Assembly (NCBI RefSeq): GCF_032191835.1 | Contig: NC_083233.1 | Span: 51,336,001 to 51,400,000 of the forward strand | From: Heteronotia binoei | Taxonomy: Eukaryota | Length of the DNA: 64,000 bases | Direction: 5' to 3' | Shown here: piece after piece, positions 31,837 to 43,800 of the stretch | How positions within the stretch are numbered: position 1 is the first letter of the stretch | Layout: every line of letters begins with the position of its first letter | Translations under genes and position numbers: made by a program | Notes under the pieces: generated by a model | Told to the model about the DNA's origin: nothing | What the model saw: only the letters and a program-made list of their open reading frames with translations | The model's database searches: none

Positions 31837-34800
31837 GTTAGAAAGGCCAGGCTGGAGAAAGGGATGGGGTGGCCGAGATGGCCCTGCGGAACTTTGGGAA
31901 TTGTAGTTCTTGAAAGATGAAGTGTGGCTTCCCGCAAATCTGTCCGTTCTATCCAAGCGCGTGCCTGAACATGGAGGTTCCACGGTGGGCTCTCCTGAGC
32001 AATGTAAAAGCCTGCTTTAGCATAAGAGCTACTTTGCTAGATGGAACAGGTAGGGTTGCCAAGTTTGTGCAAATACCTGGAAACTTTGGGGGTGGAGATG
32101 GGAGAGGGTGGAGTTTGGGGAGGGGAGAGACCTCAGCATGGTACAATGCCATAGAGTCCACCCTTGACACAGCCATTTTCTCCAGGGGAGTTGATCTCTG
32201 CCAGTTGGAGATCAGTTGCAAAAGCGGGAGGTCTCCAGGCCTAACCTGAAGGCTGGCAACCCTATAACTTCTGTTGATACAGCCCAAAATTGCATTTGCC
32301 TTTTTAGCCACCGCATGTTGACTCATGTTCAGCGTATGATCCACTAAGACCCCTGGATCCTTTTCGCACATACTACTGCTAAGACAAGTCTCCCCCATCC
32401 TATAACCATGGATTGGATTTTTCCTACCTAAATGCAGAACTATACATTTATCCCTGTTAAAATTCATTTTATTGGTTTTAGCCCAGTTTTCCAGCCTGTC
32501 AAGGTCATCCTGTAACCTGTTTCGGTCTTCTGAGTTTGCATCCCCTCCCAATTTAGTATCATCTGCAAATTTAATAAGCATTCCCTCTATTCCTTCATCC
32601 AAATAATTGATTAAGATGTTGAAGAAAACAGGTCCCAGGACAGATCCTTGAGGCACTCCACTTGTCACTCCTCTCCAAGAGGATGAGGAACCATTCACAA
32701 GCACTCTTTGGGTGCGATCCGTCAACCAGTTACAGATCCACCTAACGGTAACAGGATCCAAACTACATTTTACCAACTTGTCAACAAGGACAGTATGTGG
32801 AACCTTATCAAAAGCCTTATTGAAATCAAGATAAACAATGTCTACAGCATTCCCCTGATCCAGCAAGGTAATTACTTTCTCAAAAAAAGAGATCAGGTTA
32901 GTCTGACATGATTTGTTCTTGAGAAACCCATGCTGGCTCTTAGTAATCACATCCATTCTTTCTAAATGTTCCAGGACCGACTGATGATTTGTTCTAAAAC
33001 TTTTCCAGGTATAGACCAGAGGCGTCACTAGGGCAGGGCCAAGGGGGCCATTGGCCCCCCCCAGAGCATTCTCATTGGCCCCCTAGGGCTCTTTGAAGGC
33101 AGCAGGCGGCAAGCAATCACAGTCTTTATTGGCGGGAGACGCGGGGAGGCTCTTTCAAGGCAGTGGCGAAGCGAGAGAAGGCCGGGAGGGAAGAGGAAAG
33201 CGCAGCTCTCCGCAGGCAGGCATCAGAGGGCGAGCAGGCAAACCAGGGAAGGGAGGACGTTGCGAGCCAACCAGCGAGGGAAAGGAGGCTTTAGACGCGC
33301 GGGGCGCAGGAGGGAAGGGAAGGGGGCAGGCAGGCAGAGAGCGAGGGAGTCCCTCACGCAGGAGGAAAACAGGCGGCATCGGCCGCGCTCGCAGCAGCAA
33401 GAGGAGGAGCGGGTGAGGGGTAGCGCAGGAGCATTGCCGGCAGTGCGCATGAGCGCCAGTGCTGAAGACTCCGCACCGCAGGCGCTGCTGCTGGCGGCGG
33501 GGGAGGAGGGGGCAGGCGACGAGGACCCGAAGCGGGCTTCTTTCTCGCTGGTTCTCGCCAGGTGCGCTGAGCTCCCCCAGCCGCCGCTCTCGGCTAGCAA
33601 CTGGTCTTGCACAAGCCCGCGCCGCCGCCAGCGCCTTGGGAGGGACGGACTGATGGAAGAAGTAGTTTGCAGGACGAGCAGCGCCTCTCCTCAAGTTTCG
33701 GGACGGTTACCGTCCCCAAATCTTTCGGCTTCTCCAGGCGGAGGCTTCCTTTGTTCGAACGCGAGGGATTTAGCACCTCTGGGCAGCGCACGAGGACTGC
33801 TGCTCTTCCCTCCGAGTCCGGCACACTTGGCCCCAGGGTGCAACCGACTTGGCCCCAGGGTGCAACCCACGCACTTGGCCCCAGGGTGCAACCCACCCCA
33901 GTGACGCCACTGGTATAGACGTCAAGCTGATAGGTCGGTAGTTACCCGGATTGTCTTTTTTCCCCTTCTTGAAGATGGGGACAACATTTGCCCACCTCCA
34001 ATCTTCCGGCACCTCTCCTGTTCTCCAAGAATTCTTAAAAATAATAGCCAGAGGCTCAGAAATTACATCCACAAGCTCTTTTAGAACCCTTGGATGCAAT
34101 TCATCTGGCCCTGAGGACTTAGTTTCATTTAAAGAAACTAGGTGTTTATGTACTACCCCAATGCTGATCCTAGGTTGGAACTTCATACCCTCCTTATATG
34201 TTCTGTTTTTTCCATGTTGAGCAGAAGAGAAGACTGAGGAAAAGTAGGAATTGAGCAGTTCCACCCTTTCTTCATTACCCGTTACAATTTCACTTTCTTG
34301 CCCTCGCAATGGGCCTACCATGTCCTTGCTTTTTAGTTGGAGATGCTGGAGATTGAACCTGGGACCTTCTGCTTACCAAGCAGATGCTCTACCACTGAGC
34401 CACCATCCCTCCCCAGTTCTCTGATTTATTGGTGAATTATCTCCAGCATCTAGTTCTTAACAAAGACCTGCCACATGGCACTTGGAGAGAGTGAAACCAG
34501 TGGTTTTCCTCTATGTGTGCCTCCAGTGTATGGTATACTGTCTGAACACGGAGATTCCCATTTAACTATTGCAGTTGATAGCAGTCAATAGATTTCCTCC
34601 AATGACTGTATAATCTGATCCTTTTATAATCCCATTGAAACTAACAGTAATCTTCTCTTCTTGTAGCAGCAGGTTCCATATGTTAATTAATTATAGGTTA
34701 GTATGAAAAAGGATTTTCTTTTATCTGTCCTGAATTTAGTGCCAGTCAATTTCATTGAGTGACCCTGAGTTCTAATCCAATGAGAGAAGGGGAAATTTTA

Positions 34801-37800
34801 TGCATATTCCCCCTACTGTGACTTCCCCCAAATTCCCTTTAGTCAGAGGGCACTTGCTAGGAACTAACTTCCCAAGTGCTGCAGGGGCCCAGAACTATGG
34901 TGCAGGGGGGAGAGTGTCAGAGTATACAGTCATCAGACCACAGCTAGAGCTGCAATGGTTTCAGCCTTCTGTTTGTGCCATTTTTGTGGCTCTGAATGGC
35001 TCTTGGAAGGTATTATTTGTTCTGCTTAGGAATGTGCACTGTAAGGGGGAAAAATATCACAGTGGGAGTAAACATGAATAGAATTACATTGTTAAGACTG
35101 CAACCTATGTATGCATAGTCGAGAGTAAGTACCGTTAACTCAAGCCAATTTACTTAATGGGACTGACTTCTGAGCAAACATTAATGACATGGTCTGCAAA
35201 AGCCTTAAAGTATAGCAGGCTTCTTTAGCGAGCAGCTTCTGGAGCTGCAGTTCAGCAGACTGAGCAGCTATCAGATCCCTGTAGGGGTTGTTTGCAAGGG
35301 GCTGGGCCCCTCTGGAATACCAGAGATAGTCAGAAGTGCTCACTGAAATGCATCAAATGGGAACACAAACTCACACACGCTAGTCCAATCATTCTCAAAC
35401 ATTTCTAGCTCTGTGTGAAACATCCGTTTTGCTAATTTAATTTTCTTTGTTTCTTGAGAGATTTGGTAGATGAACTGCTTTGTTACATTCTTGTAGTATG
35501 TACATGAGTATGCATGTATGCATTTTTTTATTGCATGCTGTCTCAGGCTAGTCCACAGTATGTTGCTGAACCCCAGGAAGGTGAAAGCTATCATGTGGAG
35601 AAAGCAGAAGATGATTTGGAAGAGGGTGGATGTGAAGAAGAGACAAAAGAAGTTGTTGAAAGCGAGGAAGAGTGGGATACAGACCTAGAAATGGAAGGTA
35701 TTTGCAAAAGAAGTCTTGTGAGTTGAGCTGCTCATTAGTTGGACCAAGGTGATTACCCAGAGTGCTGGAAAGTAGAGGCTTTCAAAAAAGAGGTCTTCTC
35801 GTGGCAAAGCAGCAGCCTTAAATGGGTGTATGGCATGATTGGTGCATGACAGGGCTGCTGGCTGGGTGCATGGATGATTGGTGGCACTAACTGCTGGGGC
35901 CTGCTTGCCTGTCCTGACTTCCACAAAGGAGGGAGGGAGAAAGAGCAGGTGACTTACAGCTCCACTGTTAGGCTCTGCATGCACTTGGCTCACCAGGCTG
36001 TTGCAGCAGTTCCTTGCCCTCCTGGCTCTGCATGAGCCCAGGATATGACAAGGAGATGGATACAAGGCTAATGGCCTCGACACTGAAAGCCCCCTGGATT
36101 GTGTGCCAACAACCTCCAAAATCTCGATGATAGTGTACTTCTTCTTGACATGGACTTTTGTTTGTAACAGTTATATCTGGTATTGGTACGGTTACCTTGC
36201 ATGTTTTTGTTGCCTCCTGGTTCCACTAGTGAGTACTAGAATGTTCTGAACATTCTGGAGTTCTTTTTGCTGCTCTTCTTAATTTGAGTGTGGCTCATGC
36301 TTGCTGTCTATCATTTGTTTTTCTGACTACAACAGAGATGAGGGTATGTGATGTCTCGCTGTGCTTTGTGACTCTTAAGACTGTGATACCATTGGATGCA
36401 AATAGAATATCCAGATGTTAATAGGCTTGTTTTCCCAATGAATGGCTTCATGTGTTTTCTTGGGGGTCTCATCTTCTTATTTTCTTTTTCATCCTCCTCC
36501 TCTATAATTAGATTCTAAGAAGGTTTATGATCCGTCAGGAAAAGCCAAATACCTTGAGATCTGCCAAACATATGGTGTCACTCCTGTCTCTTATTTTATA
36601 CGGCACATGAAAGATTCTGAGCTGTCTCTGATGCACCATGGCCTTGGCCCAAAGGTAACAACTGGTGAAAATTCCTTTTCTTTGGCCCATCTGATGTTGC
36701 TTTCTGTCCATACAGGAACTTGTGATGGTATTTTGGAGGATTAATTAGCAGCTGTTTAATCAGATGGATGGCAAAGTGGGTCAGCTGGGAAATCCTATTT
36801 CAGTTCTTGCCTCTTCCATAACCTTTCTGAGTGGCCAGAGGCAAACTTCTACTTCATCGGTATCCCTCTCCTTCTATCTGCAGTATAACAGTAGTGCTGT
36901 TGGCTTTGTCTTACAGGGTCATTGTAAGAATTTTTAAAATAATGCATGTGAAGTATTGTGCACAGTCTGAAATGTGGCAGAAATGATCATATAGTGATGC
37001 AACTCAGATGCTGTGTGCTAAAGGAGATATTAAAATGCTAACTGAAGCTCTAACAGTGCCATCCCAAGCAAAGCTACATCCTTCTGTGGCCATTGACTCC
37101 AGTGGACTCAGAAAACTATAACTCTGCCTAGGATGAACAAAATAGGAGTCGATTGCACCTTTAAGACCAAGTCACTTAGTTTGAGCTAACTTTATAAAAT
37201 TATTTGTATGAATTGTAATGATAAAATTATTGATAAGAAACAGTATTGAAGACAAAAATGTATAATATTGTGTCATACGTTAACATATGTAAACAAATAA
37301 CCAATCCCTTAACTTTTTATAGCTGGTCCATGAATTGAAATTTAGCAAATTTAAGTAAGGTATTCAGCGACTAAGAAGGAAAAAGAAATCAAAACTGACT
37401 GTTTAAAAAAATGTGCATTGTTTCCCCATCCAAAGCTGTATAATCCCCAGAGGAAACAGCATCTATTTGATTTCAGGTTTTGGCCTGAGTCAGTAGTGGT
37501 GCTTTCAGCTGACTGCTGATGGGCGGGAGCAGTGGGGAATTAATGTCTTTGTTGGAAACGACTGGTGCTTGCACGGGAGAGCTTTCCTTTTCAGGTTGCA
37601 TCCATGAAGTTCAGAGCTTCAGTTTTTCTCTAAGAATAGTTGGGCTGGATCCAGCCAGCTTCCTCACAGAACCTTGCCTTACTTATTACAGCCTCTATCA
37701 CAAATGGCTTTTGTTGCTATGGGCTGCCCAATCCCTAGCATAGCTTTTTTAGTGGCCTCCCTTTTGCACCAGCAGAGAAGCTGACTGAATCCAATCCATG

Positions 37801-40800
37801 GGAGGTATAGAGACGGCTCCATTCTGTAGACTTCACCAGCTCTTTTGCTCATTCAAAAAGTATCTCTTACCTCTCAGGAGGATCATTCTGAGTGTCTCTC
37901 CCAGTTTGAAAATTTTCCTGCTAGTTGTTTGTGTATTTGTTTGTTATTCCCTTTTTCCTCCAAAGAGTTGAGGATTACATATGTAGTCCCTCCACAGCTC
38001 CCCACTCCCCATTTGATCTTTGTAACAATCCTGCAAGGTAGGCTGGGCTGAGAGAGAGAGTGACTGGCCCAATATCAGCCACCCATTGAGTTCCAGGGTG
38101 TAGTTGGAATTTGAATCTTGGTCTCTGCAATCCTAATTTTACACTCTTGGCACCATGGTGATGCTCTCAAGGCCAAAGTAGTGATTCTTTCCTGAGCAGC
38201 TTTTCTCTGTTGTGAAGGTAAATCAGAGACACTGTTGATTGTAACTGCACAGATGTTTAAAGGATTGCAAATTCTTCCAGTTAGCAGATGAGGAGGTAAA
38301 GCTGTTCTGGTCTGTACCACTTCAGGCTGCAGAGTGGGGTTCACAGGACTGAATGCCCTTCGCACAAAATCAGGGCTTGAATTCAGCAAGAGCTCACAGG
38401 ACCGCAGCTCCTGAACCTCCAGCCAGGGTCTGCATGCAGTGGGGAGTTCTCTCCACACTGCACACAGATCCTGGGGCATATGAGATATGCTACTGAGCTC
38501 CTGCACCTTTTTTCCCTACAAAATTATCCCTGCACAAAATTATTCCTTTCACATTGGAAGCCAGTAAGGAAGAAGCATTCCAGTGTAGGCTTTACCTGGG
38601 CATGCTAGTTTTCTCTGTTAGGACTGAGATGGGAGGATATTCCATTATGAGAACCCACCTGTATTGTCTGAAGTGGTATAGCCCAGGTGTGGGTTTACCA
38701 CCAGCAAGCCTAGACTGTTTCATCTAACATTGAACAGTATTTGCTCCTAGTTCGCTCATGTCTGCCATGTTCCCTGCTTTAGGGGGCCAAAGCTGTGGCT
38801 CTTTCTCTTGCAAGCAATACATCTGTTGTGAAGTTAAATTTAAGCGACAATTGGCTAAATGGAGATGGGACAGCTGCAGTGGCAGAGATGTTAAAGGAAA
38901 ATTGCTACATTTCAGGTATGGTCTTAATTCCATGGGTTTGAGAAGTGCTTTAGGATAGCAAAATATTAGCCACGTGGCACACACTCGAACAGATACTGAG
39001 ATGCTTTTGCATGACTTGTGGGTCCCTCTCAGCTAAGTTTCTAGAGATCTGGCTTCACAATGAAGTCTGAGCAGGCAAACATGAACAAGGCTAAGATAGG
39101 TTTTATTCTGTGTTCCATATACTCTGTGTTTTTTTGGGGGGGAGGGCTTGTGCTTGCTGTCAAAAATCTAAGAGGTACAGGAATGAGAGTAATTGGTGTA
39201 TGTGATTGAGGGACAGATGGTCTAGGAGATCAGTCACTTTGGGAGGAGGGCTCTTCAGCTGGCTTCCAATTCTGGCTAGTCAAAAAATTAACAGAACACT
39301 GTGGAAAACTAAGGAAACAAGCCTGGGTCTAGAGGAGGAGATTTTCTTTTTGGTAGGACTAAAAGCTGGTGTTCTTCTCCCACAGATGTAGATTTATCAG
39401 AGAACAGGCTGGGGGTGAAAGGGGCCAAGGCCCTGTCTGCTATGCTTCAGGAAAATGCCATGCTAGTGACCCTGAAACTCTCAGGAAATGAATTAAATGA
39501 CCAAGCGGCCAAATATCTAGCTGATGCGCTCTTGACCAACAATAAACTGGAATCTCTTGATCTAAGCCATAATGCCTTCGGGGAGTCAGCTGGTAAGAGT
39601 ATTTCTCTGACAATGGCAGGTACCTGTTGCATTAAGGGGATGGGCAGTATTTAGAAGAAGGATTTAAAGGGGGGGCGGAAGCAGTTTATGAGACAGTGAC
39701 TGTAGATGCTTCATCCGAGGCAGAGCCAGGAGCCAGGAAAATTGGAATGATGCCACCTGAGTTAGCCATCAACTGCCCCCAACTGTATTAAGAGCATTTG
39801 AAGCACTAACTGTTCTGGGTGCAAATTACCTCGGAGTGCTGTCATAACTTTAAAAACTGAAAAAAGCAATACATTTACTCTCTTATGGTTCTCGTTTATT
39901 TCTAGTGTTTGGGGTGGGGGAGGCAAGAAAATATTTCAGTGGATCATGTTGTTCCATGCATAAACCAAAGATATTTTTGTTAATTAGGAGCTTAATTAAG
40001 TTCATTTGAAAGCTAGCAACTACCTTTTTCTGCCTGAAGAAGACTTCTATGCAACTTGAAGGTTTGCCTACCCTTGCACAAACAGAAGGGAATCAAAAAA
40101 AGGGGCATGGCTTAACCTGTTTTGTTTATTTAGGGCCATGTGCTAACATTTGTCAATATTCTCTTCAGAATGCAGGTGCTGTGGTCATCTCTTTCTCCTG
40201 CACTGGATCAGCTTCATTTCTTTCCTCCTACTGTTCAGTGGCCACATCGTGCTTGTGCCTTGTGCTCCAGGGTCAGGGTCCACCTGGTCTCTCCATTTCA
40301 TGTGCTTGGCTTCTTTCATCTTACGTTTCCCTCGCTCGCTGAACAACCTTGCTGCCGGGAGACCCTCCTTTGCTCTGTGCACAGAAGGAGTCTCACCTGG
40401 CTCCTAATCAGGTGCCCCTTTCCATCTTACCTTGAAATGAGGACACAGTGAGTCAGTGGAAACCAGTGAAAGAGAGAGAGCTTGCCCAGAAAAGAGGGAG
40501 GAACAGCTCAGTGCAGGAGCAAGTTTAGTGCTAGAAGAAATGAGAGAAAAGAGGAAAAGCAAAGGTAGGACTCAGTAAAGAAAATGATCTTCTAGGTATT
40601 TCTGTTGAAATTGGGCGGAACAGCCCAGGAAAGGGAACCTACCACCATCACCGCCACCCTTTTGCCACATGCACCCTTTAAAATCATTTTAGTCCACGCC
40701 ACAATTGTGACAGTATTGCTGCTTTCTACAAACCCAAGCTTCTTGAGCTTCCAGTTCTGCACAATCAGTTGGCTTCAAGAATTTGTCCCACTGGAGCCAC

Positions 40801-43800
40801 CAGAGCCAGCCCCGGTTGTCTCATTGCCTGAGACAGGCAGATGAATCCCCTCCCTTCACTAATGATGGAGTATGAATCCATCTTCTTTGCAGACATCCTC
40901 CCATGCTCATATACAGCTCCTTCACTTCTGTAGGGCCTGGGCAAGAGAATTGCCCAGCAGATTGCATCTACCTCTCTGGCTTGGCTTGCTTTCAGGAATA
41001 CTCTGAGTTGTTTGTGCCGTCGGCACTTTTCCTGCAGCACATCCTTTCTCCTCATCTCATGTCTTCCCCTACTTCACCCCCTTTCTGTGTTGAGAACGTT
41101 GAGCAACCCTGACCTCGGCAATCAGGAAGCCTCATTCTCCTGTTGAGTTCAAATATGACTGCAACCATGCAAGTTGTAGGCAGGACACTTTGGGCATAAT
41201 TTACGGGGAGGTTTCTAAAGATCTTATCTGCCACCATGACCCCCCAAGCCTCTCTTCCGTTTTCTTTTGATCTGCAACATTTATTTTTTTCAGGTGAGGT
41301 ACTTGGAGCAGCAATAGCAGAAAATGCTGGCATGAAAGAGCTCAATCTCAGCTGGAACTGCTTCCGGGGTCATGGTGCCATTGCTGTTGCCAAAGGTTTG
41401 AAGGTAAGCACTGCATTCTTCCCATCATTTCCATCTTGCTATGTTTATCTTCATTGTGTAATTCGGTTGCAATGGCAAAACTTTATGGGGTGGGCTAGTT
41501 TGGAAGTACACAAGTGAGCTTCCCTATAGTGTGTTGGAAAGCATTGGAAGAATTCACGTTTCTAAGAGATTTCTGTAACAGAAGGTTCACTTGAGAGATT
41601 CTTGGGTAGTGGGCTCTGTGCGCAGCATTGCTAAGATTCGGATTTACAAAAGTCTTTGACAGACAAGAACCCCGTGGCGCAGAGTGTTAAAGCTGCAGTA
41701 CTGCAGTCCCAAGCTCTGCTCAGGACCTGAGTTCGATACCAGCACAAACTGGTTCAGGTAGCTGGCTTGAGGTTGACTCAGACTTCCATCCTTCCGAGGT
41801 TGGTAAAATGAGTACCCAGCTTGCTGGGGGGAAAGTGTAGATGACTGGGGAAGGTAATGGCAAACCACCCTGTAAAAAGTCTGCTGTGAAAACGTTGTGA
41901 AAGCAACATATGAACATATGAAGCTGCCTTCTACTGAATCAGACCTGTGGTCCATCAAAGTCAGTATTGTCTACTCAGACTGGCAACGACTCTCCAGGGT
42001 CTCAAGCTGAGGTTTTTCATGCCTGGACCCCAGAGTTGGAAACGACTGGTGCTTGCACAGGGGACCTTTCCTTTCCTTGTCAGATTACTTTTTGTCAGAC
42101 TAGTCAGATTTCTGGGAAATACAAAGGTGTCTTGGGGGAACTGGTTGCTACCAGGAATTCTTGAATGAAAAAGTGGTCTGAATTTGAAAACCTGTGTTGC
42201 CAAATTTTATATCCCATGGCATAAAAATTCAGTAAATTTTTTCATTCAGAAATAACTGGTAGCTGAGAATTCCATAAAAATGTCTTCGCTGAGTTTTCCA
42301 GAGATGATTTCTGAGCAGATTCTTTACTGTATCCCACCTGATATCCAAGGGCGTATCAAGTTTGACTCAACAAGGACAATGTGATCCTGACCTGGATAGC
42401 CCAGGCAAGCCTGACCTTATCAGATCTTGGAAGCCATACAGACCCGGCCCTGGCTAGTATTTGGATGGGAGACCTCCAAGGAATGCCAGGGTTTTGATGC
42501 AGAGGCAGGTGATGGCAAGCTACCTCTGAATGTCCTTTGACTTCAAGCCCCACAAGGGTCACCAGAAGTCAGCTTAACTTGATGGCAAAAAAACCCCAAC
42601 ACTTTTTTTTAAAGGACAATGTACAGGCAAAGGCAGGTACAATACCAGAAAATATGGCCTAAAGAGGAAACCCAATGAGGAGCCGGGTCCTGTGGCTTCA
42701 TTTCTGGGACTGGGTCCTGAAATTTTGAGGTGTGTGCCCCAGGAGAATACTCAGGTCTGGAGATACTGGCTTTGACTCGGTGAGCATGACCTGTTGGAAG
42801 TGTCATAACCAAAGGTGCTTTCTGTTCAAACGAGGTTGGGTAGAATCCAATGATCTGCTCAGTTTATTATTCCAAATCTCCCTTGGGTTTTGACACTTCC
42901 TTGCCACAAATGAGGAGGGCAAGTGGTCTGCCAGACACTTCTCCTGGGCAACCTCATTGAAATTAACCAGAGCTTTTCCATTTCGTTGGGGCTTGTGCAG
43001 AGCTTTGTGGCAGCCTCTGCTCATGAGTAAGCTTTTTCTCCTGTACCTGTAATGGCAACCCAGATTTGTCACTCAATGCGGCAGCTTTCCCTTGCCTCTG
43101 GTGGGTAAGGCAAGTTTGCTTTCATTTACCATGCATTACAAGGGTAGTGTCAATAGTGTCAACCAGGAAGTCTCTAGCTCTGTGTTTGCTGGCCAACATC
43201 TGCACAGTGCTTCTGGTACAGTAGCATCACTTGTTGTAAAGGTCGAGGATTGAATAAACTTTGGCTGTTCAGATTGATGCAAAGTGGTGGGATGCCACTG
43301 TCGGGATGAAGCTTGCAGTACACTACCACTCCCTTACAGTGTCATGTACTGAGCAGAGCCAGAGCCTTTCTCATAAAACAGTAAGGACTTCAAGGAGTCA
43401 AAGAGCACAGTCTTGCTATGGATGCTCAGCCCCGCAGGTCTCGCCAAAGTTTGATAAAAGCCATTTCCCTCCCCAGTGATGCCATCAGGTCTGGATCTTG
43501 GAGTGGAACACCAGGTCACCTGAAAGCAGGCTCTAGGCTTGCTTTTCAAGTATACATTCATTTCTAAAGAAGGATCTTCATAAGACTTGCTAACTTCAGT
43601 GTAAAATGAGCTAATCCCACAACTGTCCCTTCCTCTGCAGGCAAACATATTCCTTCAGGTGTTGGATCTCTCCTACAATGGCTTTGGTGACAAGGGAGCT
43701 GCTGCCTTGGGTGAGGCCCTGAAAATCAACAATGTGCTGGAAGAACTTAATGTTGGGTAATCACATTTTAATGTGTGTATGCCTCTTCTGGAGAGTTCAG

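Larger units (their letters stand above)
31570..31910 (+). promoter_or_regulatory. CpG-rich promoter and first exon of LRRC74B (possibly shared with divergent P2RX6)
   Basis: ccaattgg (overlapping CCAAT/ATTGG) 31576-31583, GC box cgcccgccc 31601-31609, X-box-like GTTGCTATGACAGC 31655-31668, ACTACAATTCCCA (- strand) 31895-31907; local CpG enrichment. Confidence 0.75.

Noticed and set aside
31949-33028. 359-aa ORF with a reverse transcriptase domain
   Set aside because: CR1 LINE ORF2 fragment, truncated and interrupted; not a host gene, retron or other novel RT system.
33825-33893. Three direct repeats resembling a mini CRISPR array
   Set aside because: Spacers are only 1-5 nt, the context is vertebrate, and the repeats are hAT subterminal repeats.
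33260-33904. 214-aa GC-rich ORF and overlapping ORFs inside the hAT element
   Set aside because: Long ORFs on both strands are expected in very GC-rich DNA; the ORF runs into subterminal repeats and has no recognisable homology.
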